From an uncultured virus (IMG/VR IMGVR_UViG_3300008111_002316) (lineage: Duplodnaviria; Heunggongvirae; Uroviricota; Caudoviricetes), in the IMG/VR virus record IMGVR_UViG_3300008111_002316: DNA of 64,000 nt. One strand, given 5' to 3'. Shown here piece after piece: positions 30,954 through 42,600 of the stretch; within the stretch, counting starts at the first letter, position 1, and each line of letters starts with the position of its first letter. The position numbers and the translations under genes are program-made. The notes under the pieces were generated by a model. It was not told the origin of the DNA and searched no databases. It saw only the letters and a list, made by a program, of their open reading frames with translations.

Positions 30954-32251
30954 TAACCGATTACTACCCCGCCTAAATCTAAGTCTGTTACAGACAATTG
31001 CCATACTACATTTAATTGAGCGTTAAAAGAACTTAATAGTTCACGGTTAAGAAAATTATTTGGGATTAGTTGATAAGCATTTAAATTAGATGATAGCAAT
31101 GGAAGGTCAGTTACGAGAACAGAAGAAGCCGTAGACCAATTTGTTTGTACAGTTGAAAAAGATAACAGGGTAGAATTATCTAAAACTGTTTCAGACAAAG
31201 CACTAGAAACTCTAAGATTTTCAAATTCACTAGGAGCATAGCCGTAACTCTCTAAGTGAAACTGTGGGTCAATATAAAATAAATCTGAAGGGATTTCAAA
31301 ATTATTGTTATCTAAAGTATAACAAGAAATTATTCTAAAGGGGATTTTAGCAGGGACATTAAACTTATTTAAGACCGTAGAACCTAAGTTAATCCACCCA
31401 TTGTTATAAGTTTCAATTTTATAGTTAACTAATCCAAAAGTTTCAGACGGGGGATTCCATTTAAAATACACAGTGTTAATATCTAAATTTTTTTTATAAG
31501 AGGCAGTTAAAGAATAAGGTAAATCATAAATTAAAGGTGCTAAAACTTTTTGTAGAGAGGAAAACTCAGTAAAATATGAATAAGCACTAAGTCCTTTCAA
31601 AACATCAAAACTTGAAGGAGCAGGCACAATTTCTATTGTAGCAAATACATCGGGATTATCTAAAAGAGCTACTTTAAAAAATATTTTACCACCTGTAGAA
31701 TTAAAAAACCCCCCTTGAGAAATAACGTTAGTAACTAAATCGTTAGGGTTAGAAAAAGTAACAGGGTTTCCTGAAATTTGTGACCATTGAACAAATGAGG
31801 TCGAAGAACTAGCACTTATTATAACTTCTGTTTGTAAAATCACATAAATCTTTTCAGGGGCTGATATAGTTGCTATGGAAGCAATCATGTAAAGAGTTAC
31901 AGAATAAATATCAGAAAACTCAGTTTCTATACTCGGTCGTTTTTCAAAATATAAAATGACTTGTCCAAAAGATTTAATAACACTTTCATAAAAAATAAAC
32001 TGATTTGTCTTAAAAGATTCTGGAATGCCAAATCCCCGCCCAGTAACATTTAAATTTTTATAAAAGTCTATAAACTCTAAAACTTGTGTGCTATTTAAAC
32101 CTTCAAATTTGGCTGACACTTTTGCACTTCTACCTTGAGTAAAAGCATTTGTTCGATGTTCTATTCCTTCTTGGTCTTCAGTAATTATACTACCAAAATC
32201 AGATAACTCAATGTATTCAATTTTTGTAGGTTTAAAATTAGGAAAGCTCAT
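30953..32251 (-). CDS. Minor tail protein
   Basis: N-terminus paralogous to the gpM/DUF2460-like distal tail proteins in this window. Confidence 0.55.
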   Translation of the reverse strand: MSFPNFKPTKIEYIELSDFGSIITEDQEGIEHRTNAFTQGRSAKVSAKFEGLNSTQVLEFIDFYKNLNVTGRGFGIPESFKTNQFIFYESVIKSFGQVILYFEKRPSIETEFSDIYSVTLYMIASIATISAPEKIYVILQTEVIISASSSTSFVQWSQISGNPVTFSNPNDLVTNVISQGGFFNSTGGKIFFKVALLDNPDVFATIEIVPAPSSFDVLKGLSAYSYFTEFSSLQKVLAPLIYDLPYSLTASYKKNLDINTVYFKWNPPSETFGLVNYKIETYNNGWINLGSTVLNKFNVPAKIPFRIISCYTLDNNNFEIPSDLFYIDPQFHLESYGYAPSEFENLRVSSALSETVLDNSTLLSFSTVQTNWSTASSVLVTDLPLLSSNLNAYQLIPNNFLNRELLSSFNAQLNVVWQLSVTDLDLGGVVIG

Positions 32252-32673
32252 AAAATTTGGTCAGGATAAGGATTAGGAGACGGAACTACAATCGTACTGG
32301 TAGTAACTAAATTCACAGTAAAATTATAAACGTTTTGTTTAACTGTAGTTATTTCTATTTTGTCAGCAAATCTCCAAATAACCCCTTTTGTAAGAGATTC
32401 TAAAGCATTTTTAAGTGATAAAGGATGTCTCCAGACCGAAATAGGAACCAAAAACCCCTTAAAAGTACCTTTGGCACTATTATAAAAGCCAACAATTTCT
32501 AAAACATCCTCAGCAGTACGATTAACATACTCTAATTTAATTTTAGTACCTGTACCATTATTGGTCAAAGATAAGCGAATTTCTGCTCCATCTGGAAACT
32601 CAGTAATAGATGAAGCATAAGTAGGAAGCTCTAGCTCCCTCATAAAATCTGGAACCAAATCAGGATATATCAT
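32248..32673 (-). CDS. Minor/distal tail protein (gpM/DUF2460-like)
   Basis: FYNSAKGTFKGF..WRF pattern shared with 37066..37458 and 37958..39682. Confidence 0.6.
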   Translation of the reverse strand: MIYPDLVPDFMRELELPTYASSITEFPDGAEIRLSLTNNGTGTKIKLEYVNRTAEDVLEIVGFYNSAKGTFKGFLVPISVWRHPLSLKNALESLTKGVIWRFADKIEITTVKQNVYNFTVNLVTTSTIVVPSPNPYPDQIL

Positions 32674-35600
32674 TGAAATTTGAAGTCGAGGTCAGAAAAA
32701 TCAAATAATTTGTTAGACCATAAAACAGCACTTATAGATATTTCACCATTTTCAGAGATTGCAAGATTTTGAATCCTGTAAACTTTATCTTCAATAATGG
32801 CTCTACCAATAACTACAGGGTCATACAAGGAAATGGGTGAAGGTAAATTTTCAATGTCCAAATAGTAAAAACCATTCTCCTGAACTAATGCAAAAGTTAA
32901 GTTCTCTAGTACCGTATTGGTTTCCTGAAGTTGAATGGTAGCTTTATAGTCAGATGTAATTAAATTAGAGGGTTGTCTAGATAGCAAAATTCTTTGGGTT
33001 TGAGTTGTTATATCATAAACTCCAACTTCGGTTACATATCCAGAAATGTCATAATCATATTCGGTAGCCGTATGCTGAACTAGAATTGCTTCACCCGGAG
33101 CTAAAAAAAGTCCTTGAGTGGCAGTCTTAAACTTGACTATTTTATCTTGGTATCTCTTTGAGTTAAGAGTTACACCAGCTACCTTTTTGGCTTGCTCAGG
33201 ATTAGAAATACTAGGAGCCTCAATTGTGATAGAATTTAATTTAACTTGTTTAGATACTAAGGCATCAGTTCGAGCTACTACTGCCGTTAAAGGTTTTTGA
33301 TTATCAGTACCATCTGTAAAGACCACAACAACTTGATTAATCTGTGATTCTTGCCACGGTAATACACTTTCCTCAAATGAATCTTTTAAAATGTTAGAAG
33401 CATTGAAAACTGCGATTGGTAATCTATCTTCATCTTCAGTAGTAAGTCCAAATAAACCATTAGGACTAAAAGGATATAAAAGAGAAAGACTAGCATCTTT
33501 TGTTACTTTAGTTGAAAAATTTTCCACCTCCGATAAAACACCATCCCAATAAAATTCATTTTCTTTAACGAATCTACGGGCTTTAACAATCGAATCATAA
33601 TCAATATCATTATCGCCATCAATAACTGCCCCTAAACCCCCTTCTGGGTTAATTAACCAATCAACATAAATATCCGGAAAATAATTAGATGCCTCATAAT
33701 TATAGATAATAAAACGGTCTTTAGGGCTAAAGGATATAGTCGTAACAGGTCTATTATTAGATATACCTGTCACTGTACCTTCCAATTTAGTGTCTAGATT
33801 TCTAACTTTAGTTGTCCCATTCACTATTTCGTTTATTGTAGAATAATCGATAGTCGTGTCAATAATGGTGCTTTGAGTAATAGTTGCTTGTTGCACCCCA
33901 TAATGTAATAAGTTTCTAATTTTTCTTCCTTCACTAACAAAAAAAGACATTTCGGGGGCTGTTGAAACTCTGTCAGAAGCTTTCACTTTAACTCCAACAA
34001 CAGCCACACCAGCATAGTTACTAGGCTTTGAGATAGTATCAGGATTTACAACTTCTGATATAGTAGTTATTCTAAGTGGTGCGCCACTTTCAGATGAGAC
34101 TATTCTTTTGAACTCATCAAAATTTATAGAATCTCTCATCATTCTATTAGTTGGTTGCCCTGAAAATTCCCCCTTTAAACGCACAATATTTCCGTTAATA
34201 TTAGCTGAAGTAGAATAAACAGCATCTTCACCACTACAATCTAATTTGAGAGTATCAGAAGTAGAATCAGGAGCCGTTGAAAAAGGTTTTAATTTGACAT
34301 AATACCGACCATATTTAAGATTTTCTATCTCTATTCTAAATTGTTTAGCGTTTTCAGATTTTTCACGAATAAATATCCGTTTAAGAAAAACCCAATTGTT
34401 TTCAGAATAAGGAATAGGGTCGCCATCAATATCTGTCAAGGGTTGTATAAAAACATCAAAACATACCCCATAAGGGTAAATATCATCAAAATTTTCTAAA
34501 TCTGCGTGATTTTTACCACCCATTCCTTTATCCTCTAATTTTTACCTGATTTTTCTGTTTCACTTTCGAGCGGCTTACGTCTGGAAAATAAGACCCCTTC
34601 AAAGTTAATCACTATTTTGTTTACCTTTTTACTTGTTTCATAAAAAGCTTCCCATATAGCAAATATGTCATCATCCTCCGTAATAGTTACAGACGGTTTA
34701 ATGGTTATAGTCCTGTCTGAATCTTTTTTCTTAGTCACTCTAAAACGATTGTTTATTCCACCATTGTTAACCTCATAAATTTCGGCAGGGGTAAACCGAC
34801 TCCAATTTTCAATCGAATCTTTTTCGTCCTCATAAACGACTAATGTTGCGGTATCTGCAGATGATGAAACCACCCCTACTCCAAATTCCCCAGTGGGAAA
34901 AGCTACGCTGGACACCGAGTTAACCCTAACACTTGTGTTCATACCTTGAATAACAACTTTGGCTGGTATTCCACTCCAATTTACACCTGAAACAGCTAAA
35001 ATTAATTCATTATTCTTTTTATATCTTACGACTTTATTAGCACCTGAAAAACCTAACTCAACTTGAAAAGTATCATTGATAGCCCAAACACTAGAGCTTA
35101 CGGTGCTACCATTGGCAATAATAGATAGGGGATATGTTGTAATTGTAGTTTGAGGATCAAAAACAGATTCAGTTCTAATCCCAAAAGTAATGTTATTACT
35201 TCCTCTTGTACCATAACCTACTATCTTAGGGGCATAATCAAAGACTTGCCATGAAATAGTGCCGCCTCCTTCACCTGGGATTTCGTTTGTAACGGCATAG
35301 GAATCAGCTACGGTACTCTCACTAGAACCAGCATTTTTAGTAAAGGTTTGTCCAGAACTACCACTGGACGATATGTAACAATTTGTCACTCCCCAACTAC
35401 CATTGATTGACCTTGTTGAAGAAGCTAAAACTGAGTTTTTAGCTTGCGCTCTTTTTGACGTTCCCAAAAGATTATAGGAATTTGGAGAAATACATTGCCC
35501 AAAAAAGTTAAAGTCTGTTGTTAAACTGTTTTGACCTTGATTATTGTAAAAAGTAGGAGTTCCTGACAAGTATTGAAAATCTAAATCTTCTTCATAATAT

Positions 35601-36130
35601 CTGTCAATAGTTTGATTATCTATTAACAATTTAGAATCATCAATGTACCCTATTTCCCCTAAACTCAAAGCCACAACTGCATATAAATTTCCTGAATCCC
35701 CCCTGTTTTCAACTCTACAAGCAATTAACTTACCACCAGTTCTTACGCCCCCTAAAGGATTTTTTAAATTAGAAGTATAAATAATAGGAATTGCTGTTCC
35801 TTGAGTTGCAATACTATCCCCAGACATTCCGTCAAAAGAAAAAGTAGGAGCTTTAGGTTTTTTAGATTTTTTTCCACTATTACCACCAAACAAAGAAGAA
35901 CCAAGTGCAAATCCCATTGTAATTCCTGTCAAAATAGCAGGTACACCACCTAAAGCAAAACCAACAATGCCCCCAACTATTCCTAGACCAATTCCTCCTT
36001 CTAATTTTCCATTTTGTATAACAAATTTATCCGTACTTTCAGTTAAGGGTACGTCAGCTAATCTTCTATCCTCTTTTAGGCAAACCTTAAAGAAAAAGTC
36101 TTGAAAGTTTTGTTCAGGAGTTTTTAACAT
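32670..36130 (-). CDS. Tail tip/host-specificity protein (gpI/J-like), split by a probable 1-bp frameshift
   Basis: GTAIPIIY, ALSLGEI in ORF 34535..36130; YAGVAVVG, LAPGEAILV in ORF 32670..34523. One extra A at 34539-34543 joins them. Confidence 0.7.
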
Positions 36131-36131
36131 T

Positions 36132-36581
36132 CTACACTACCTTTTCTGTTTTTTCCCAAATATTCCAAGTTTTAACAATGAGCGGGTTCAGCTTCTTTAA
36201 AGGTTTAAATGTACTTCTAGAACTACCACCGCTACCCGTATATACCACATAATTAACGTTTAAATGGGGTACAATTATTCCTAATCCGTATTTCCCATAC
36301 CAGTTTATAAGAAGCATATCTAGGGGTTCGTTTGTTTGTTTTCCCTCCCCCAATAAATCAACACTTATTCTTTCCAATTCGGAATTTGGGAGCTCAGAAT
36401 CAGCATTGTATTTTTTATATACCCAATCAAAGCCTAAAAATTTTTTTCCTTTATGTTTATAATAGACATAATTTACTAAACCAAAACAATCTAATCCTTC
36501 TTTAGGGGTTTTACCGCCCCAAAGATAAGGAATATCCTTAAAATCAAAAATCGAGGGTTCTATCTCTGTTGTAATTATCAT
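36132..36581 (-). CDS. NlpC/P60 tail assembly protein (gpK-like)
   Basis: PYLWGG..GLDCFGLV. Confidence 0.75.
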   Translation of the reverse strand: MIITTEIEPSIFDFKDIPYLWGGKTPKEGLDCFGLVNYVYYKHKGKKFLGFDWVYKKYNADSELPNSELERISVDLLGEGKQTNEPLDMLLINWYGKYGLGIIVPHLNVNYVVYTGSGGSSRSTFKPLKKLNPLIVKTWNIWEKTEKVV

Positions 36582-37066
36582 AGGGGTCTATAATTAGTTT
36601 TAACACTATTTACATAAGGTAACTCTGGGAATATGTCAGGTTCAAACACTTTAGAAGGAATTTGATTAAAAACAGCATCTACTGGAGAGCGACAGGTAAA
36701 AACTACTGCTCCTTTTTGTAAAACATACGAGGAAATCCTAGTATTTTGCGTTTCGTAAATAGCGTCTTCGTCCTCTGGAAACACAGTATATACTTTCATT
36801 AAACTTCCTCTCAATTCTTTTTCCTTTAATATAGCCCTTAAAGCTTCAGTATTTGCTAATTTTAACGACATAGAAGTTGAGGAAATTTCTAAATCTTCAA
36901 CAAAAGTTGTCAAAACAAAAGGTAAATAAATATAATATGAACCTTCAAAACTATAAGGTGCAATTTGAAAATTTTGGAACCTGTAAACTTCATTAGTAGG
37001 AAGTTTTAAGAAAATTAATCTTCCGTAAAAATGCTGTGGATTTAAATGGGGGGCTAAACTTGTCAT
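36578..37066 (-). CDS. Minor tail protein (gpL-like)
   Basis: Position between gpM-like and NlpC genes; YIYLPF..LKLAN..IPS pattern. Confidence 0.55.
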   Translation of the reverse strand: MTSLAPHLNPQHFYGRLIFLKLPTNEVYRFQNFQIAPYSFEGSYYIYLPFVLTTFVEDLEISSTSMSLKLANTEALRAILKEKELRGSLMKVYTVFPEDEDAIYETQNTRISSYVLQKGAVVFTCRSPVDAVFNQIPSKVFEPDIFPELPYVNSVKTNYRPL

Positions 37067-37458
37067 TAGCTAATTACCGATATTAAGGAGACATCGAAAT
37101 TATAAATCTTAGTAAAAACAGTAATAAATTTTATAGGCGAAGCAAATCGCCATAATGTAGTATCACCCAACAAATCAATACTATCCTTGTAGTCCGTCGG
37201 GTGTCTATTAATTCCGGTTGGTAATGTAAAAGCTTCCTTTAACCCTCTAACTTGTCCCCAAAAATTAATAATAGTTGCGACTTCTGTTTCCGTTCTCCCC
37301 TGATATTTTAGCATAATTTTAGTATGGTTGCCTTGTTGATGAACAAAACGTCTTGTTTCAGACCCGTCATCATTTTCAAAAATCTTTACCCCGAAATCTG
37401 GAAGCTCAAAGTTATCAATTGAATTTGGGATAATTGAAGGGTATGTGAATCCTGACAT
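37066..37458 (-). CDS. Minor tail protein (gpM/DUF2460-like)
   Basis: DGSETRR..FWGQVRG..AFTLP..WRF. Confidence 0.6.
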   Translation of the reverse strand: MSGFTYPSIIPNSIDNFELPDFGVKIFENDDGSETRRFVHQQGNHTKIMLKYQGRTETEVATIINFWGQVRGLKEAFTLPTGINRHPTDYKDSIDLLGDTTLWRFASPIKFITVFTKIYNFDVSLISVIS

Positions 37459-37468
37459 AATATTGACC

Positions 37469-37897
37469 CTAGCTAAAAGTTGCAGTTAATACACCAGTAT
37501 TGGTGGGTATATCTACTTGAAAAGTTACGCCACTAGGGGTAAAACTATTATTAAATTCTAAAAAGGCAATCACAGGGTCGGATGTAGCGAAACTACCACC
37601 AACTCTTTTACAAATTACCATTCCTAACAAGGGTGTGGATGTACCAGTCGTTAAATTATTCCAAATAGGATTGGTAAACGTCCATCTGACTGTGGGAGTC
37701 GTAGGAGTGTCTAAAGTTGTTCCAGACAATAACTGTGGTGCATAAGTTCCCCCAGAAGCTTCCGCTAACCCTGTGCGAGTGGTTACAGTCGAAACAGGTG
37801 TAGAAGTCACTAAACAAGCATAAAACGTATCACTGTCTAAATCTATTGTGGCATTTAATATTCCGATTTTTGCAGAATTAAAAACAAATGAGGGCAT
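37469..37897 (-). CDS. Tail-fibre-like virion protein
   Basis: IDLDSDTFYACLVTS..EASGGTY pattern of small phage tail proteins. Confidence 0.5.
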   Translation of the reverse strand: MPSFVFNSAKIGILNATIDLDSDTFYACLVTSTPVSTVTTRTGLAEASGGTYAPQLLSGTTLDTPTTPTVRWTFTNPIWNNLTTGTSTPLLGMVICKRVGGSFATSDPVIAFLEFNNSFTPSGVTFQVDIPTNTGVLTATFS

Positions 37898-37957
37898 AAA
37901 CCAAAATTAGGTAAAGTTAAAGGATGGCTATTCTCAGTTTGAGCGTTCCTTTCCGTT

Positions 37958-39682
37958 TTAAGTCTTTAAAATTCCAATGCTAAATATTAAATCTGCTGCA
38001 CTACTATTTGACGTGATAACCAGTGTTACCGTTCCTGACACCGCTACGGTTTTAGCCGATGTAGAGCTTATGTTTTGATTAGAGTTAGTGACACTGATGC
38101 TACTTAATCCTCCAACATTAACACCGTTTATCTGTAGTGAGGCTGTACAAGTTCCAGAAGTTGTGGATATTGAAATATTTTCAATTGTAAAGCCAAATTT
38201 AGCAACACCTACTAACGTATAAGTTTTATTAGCAGGAACTTCTATTTGCCCACCTATTGAATCTATGTTAAAAGAATTACTTAATACTTTGCTTGAATTT
38301 AAAGCTAATCCCGTACCAGCAGTATTTATTATGTTGGTTAATTTTTGGATAAACCAAGATTTGGCTCCGTTATGTATGAATAAATAAAGGTCATCTTTAG
38401 TTAAAGTTAGCCCATTAGGTGCTGTTAAGACTACATTACTGTTTTGAGGGCTAATAGTAATAGTTCCATCTTGTGTATCATCTCTCACATAACAAAACCA
38501 GCCAGTCGGGAAGTTAGTAGTAGTATCAGGTATTGTCAAAGTAAAGTTACCAGAATATAAATCATTGTAAGCTAATTTACCTTGCCAACTAGACTCTAAT
38601 GTTGAGCCTTGCATTTGTAACAAGGGGATAATTCCGGTAGTCCCACCTCCACCATCACCACTACCTGTTGCTAATTCTGTTCCAACAATTGTCCATCTAT
38701 TTCCTTTTTTAATTACTTGAATAGAAGTGTTTTCAACATTTAACACTCTACTGCTTTGACCTTGTATTGTTTGTCCTACTGGTGCATTTAAAGTAAACGC
38801 ATTTAAACCAAAACCTGTAGGTGAGCTAGTAGAAGTTCCAGCGTAATCAGAATAAATAATAGTTGTATCATCAAGAGCATCCGAAGGCAATGTTGTGGAT
38901 GCCACACCAGAAGCTGTATTAACTAAGTGTATATAACGTGCTAAACTTGTGAATGTTCCTGAAACAATGATACTGGGCATTTGTTCAAAACTGTTTAATA
39001 TTCCAAAGCCTGTTTGTGAAGCCACAAAAGAAAGGCTTAAACTTTGGATTGAGCGACTATCTACAGAACCAGAATTAGAAGTGGTAAAAGTTAGTTCTGA
39101 AATTTCTAACGTTAAGTCTATAGAATTGACAGTTACACTCTGGTTTAAATTTATTGAGGATATGATAAATTCTAAAGCTATAGGGACTAATTCCCTAACT
39201 TGTTTTTGTGTAATCAATATAGTGGGTAAAATAAAATCTACATTTGCACTATTTACAAAACCTATAATTTTAGAACTATCAGGATTTAACGAATCCTTTA
39301 GTGATAATAATCTTATCTCTACAGTGTAAATATCACTAATAACTGTCTGAATCATAGGCGGGTTCATAAATCGCCATTCGGTAGTATCAGCTAAAGCAGT
39401 TAAAGAATTTGTAATACTAGAAGGACTGCGATAAAAATTTATTGGCAAAGTAAACTTATCAAATGTTCCCTTAACTTGGAGATAAAATGCCGTTAAAGCT
39501 TTAACCTCTTCACTTCTAAGCCCGTTATATTGTATTTTTAACTCAGTTTTGTAACCCGTGTCTTCAGTATATCTGCGAATTTCCCGTCCTAATTCATTCT
39601 CAAATAGTTTTAAACCATAATCTGGTAATTTATCAACGTGGAAAAAATTAGGAGCAAGAGTTTCAGGAAAAGTATTAGTCAT
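37958..39682 (-). CDS. Distal tail protein fused to fibre-like domains
   Basis: Follows the tape measure; gpM-like N-terminus and T/S/G-rich C-terminus. Confidence 0.55.
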   Translation of the reverse strand: MTNTFPETLAPNFFHVDKLPDYGLKLFENELGREIRRYTEDTGYKTELKIQYNGLRSEEVKALTAFYLQVKGTFDKFTLPINFYRSPSSITNSLTALADTTEWRFMNPPMIQTVISDIYTVEIRLLSLKDSLNPDSSKIIGFVNSANVDFILPTILITQKQVRELVPIALEFIISSINLNQSVTVNSIDLTLEISELTFTTSNSGSVDSRSIQSLSLSFVASQTGFGILNSFEQMPSIIVSGTFTSLARYIHLVNTASGVASTTLPSDALDDTTIIYSDYAGTSTSSPTGFGLNAFTLNAPVGQTIQGQSSRVLNVENTSIQVIKKGNRWTIVGTELATGSGDGGGGTTGIIPLLQMQGSTLESSWQGKLAYNDLYSGNFTLTIPDTTTNFPTGWFCYVRDDTQDGTITISPQNSNVVLTAPNGLTLTKDDLYLFIHNGAKSWFIQKLTNIINTAGTGLALNSSKVLSNSFNIDSIGGQIEVPANKTYTLVGVAKFGFTIENISISTTSGTCTASLQINGVNVGGLSSISVTNSNQNISSTSAKTVAVSGTVTLVITSNSSAADLIFSIGILKT

Positions 39683-42600
39683 TAGTTTATTCCTAATTTT
39701 CTTCTAGCGGCTGGCGAATAACGAATTGCATCATAAACTGAGTTTTTAGCTGTTTCTACTGTTTGTTCAATAGCTTGTTTAAATACTTCTTCAGTCACAA
39801 AGTTTTGCCCATTAAAGGCAGTGGATGCGTAGTTTAACTCTATTTTAGGTAAACTAAGATTCTCGCTTTGACCCATAAACTCTGCAATAGCTTTTTCAGA
39901 CTCAGATTTGGGTTCAGGTAACATAGCACTTTTACCTCTAAATCTTTCACTAGATGGTATATCGTCCAAACCTAAATTTTGAGGTGATTGTATGTCAGCT
40001 AATTGTAAATAACCAGCATTTAAAGCATTTAGCTTACCTTCACCACCAAGATAGGACATTCCTTTATTTGTTATTACACCCTCTCCCGGTGTTAACATTG
40101 CCGGTATAGTATCTGAGTTACCAAACCCTCCCACTAAACCTCCAGAATTATATCTTTTTGGTCTTTGGTTACCACCAAATAATGAAGTTATGAAAGGTAA
40201 AGAAGTCATTAACAATCCTAATATACCTTCTACCCCGCCCATACCTCCTAACAATTGGCTGAAAAAGCCCCCACCACTACCGGCTCCTGTGGCTTTTGTC
40301 AAAGGTTCTAAGATATTCATAGGCATTTGGAATTGAGGAGTTGACCCAAAAGTAAAAGGACTACCCAGATTAAAGTCAGATTTTAATCCTAAAGGAGATG
40401 GTTGACCGTTAAAGGATGAAAATTCTGAAATATTTTGAAGATTCAAATTGTCACCAAACCCTAAACTATAATTAGGCTTACTAAAACCTAAATCTATACC
40501 CAAGTCTGATATACCCGAAGCAACTATAGCTTCTTGTGGCTTAAAGAAACTTGATGTTGAACCTTGGTATGTACCATTTTGTAAATCTTTTTCCATTTGT
40601 AAATACTCTGTTTGCCTTTGCTGTTTCATCATGTCTCGCCACTGATGATTCTCTGGATACATATCCAGTTGCTCTTTTACTGTATGACTTGTAGGGGTGT
40701 TGATAGGGGCGGGGGTGTTGATAGGGGCTGGAGTAAGAGGTGTTGTAGGAGTCTCAGGATTTTTAGGGATAGCAGGCGTATCTTTATCATGTCCGTCACA
40801 AACAGGAACACACACAGGCGTAGATTCTTGACCATTAGGCATAGCTGTCGTTTCTGGCTTTTTCCCCTGTGCTACAGAATTATCTTTGTTCTCTGTTTTA
40901 GCTTTAGATTTATTTTTATCCTTTGACGAATCATTAGATAGTCTTTTTATTTCATCAGACAAATTATTTATGCCGTCTCGAACATCACTTAAAATATCCC
41001 TAGAAGTTAATAAGGTGTTTTTAATTTTTTCTTGGATTGAAGTCTGAACACCTATATTGATAGCCATACCTTGTTCCCCATTAGCTGAGTTGACGGCTAT
41101 AAGTTTAGCTAATTCCCCATCGCCTACGTTTTCATTAAGGGTTTCGCTAAATTTTTTGAATATGCTTTCTGCGGATTTACCAGCTTCTTCAATATTAGCA
41201 ACTTCCAAAATACTTGTACGCATTCTAGCATTAAGTTCTTTCAGATTCTCTTGTTGTTTAGCGTCTAAAGCCATAATTTCAGCAAAAGTCTTTTCTCGGT
41301 TAATGCTGTTTTCAGGGTTTTCCATTGCTGGTTTCCCAAATTCTAAACCTTTTAATTGTGAGTAGTTAGGGCTTACAGCGTCTTTAATACCTTTGTCATC
41401 CCGTTTAGTTAACGCATCCTTAAAAGGGGCTATCATCAAATCTTTCAGATAATTCCATCCAATTTTACCTAATTCTTTAAGTAAATTATCTGAAAACGAT
41501 TTCATTTTTTGCTCAAAAGTTTTACTAGAATCCGTTAATATATCATAGAGTCCTGTAAAAGCACCGTCAACGACTTCTGCGATTTGAGAGTTGATTCTAT
41601 ACAAATCATCTAATTCAGTGGCAGATTTTTCCATTGCCACTTTTAATTTATTGTACGCCGCATTTTTAGCATTGGCTAACTCTGTGTCAATACCTACTAT
41701 TTTTGATTGAATTTCTGCGTATCTTAAAGCCGCTTCTTGTTGTCCTTCAGGAGTCGAGAAAGCTCCCGATACCGCTCTTTGTTCTAAAGCTTCTTTAGCT
41801 TTTTGTTCTTCTAATCTTCTAGAATTAGCATTTAATGTAGCACTTAATATGCTTTTTTCATATTCTATTTGGGCATTTTTAAGCTCTAATTCAGCACCAG
41901 CCCTTCTACTATTTCTGCTTTGACCCATTTTTAGGATTTCTATACGAGCATTATTAGCCTCGATTTGCGCTTGATTGTAACCAATTGCGTTATTCCCTAC
42001 TGACTTATTAAAGTCATCAGTCGCTTTTTCCACTCTATACTTTCTTTCAATCTCCAAAAGCATTTCTAATGCTTTCTTTTGTTGTTCTAAGTATAATTTG
42101 GATTGTTCTAGGTTGTCTTTACTTACTAAAGATAATTCCCCAAACACTTCTGTCACAGTAGATAATTGAGAAGTCATTAGCTTGATTCTTAACTCTAAAT
42201 CAGCAACACTTTTGTCATAGCCTTCTTGTTTCTTTTCAAAATCTAAAATATCATCGGCTACTTGGGAAAATCCTCGTCCCAATTCTCTTGTTTCTTTGAA
42301 AATTTCTAAGAAACTTTCAAAAAAGGTTAAATTAGCTTTTATTCTAGACATATCTAAAATATTTTGAGCATCTAATTTTAACCCTTCAATTTTTGCCTGA
42401 TTAACACGAATTGAGGCTTCACCAAAGGCAACTTTTTGACTGAAAAACTCATCTGGAAAATATTGCCCTAATGCCTTATTAAGTCCTACCTGTCTTCGGA
42501 TTCCAGAAGTTTCTTGTTGTAATCCTAATTGTTCTTCTTTGTTTTTAAAGATACTAGAACTTACATCATTAGCTAAACCTAATAATTTAGTGACAGAACC

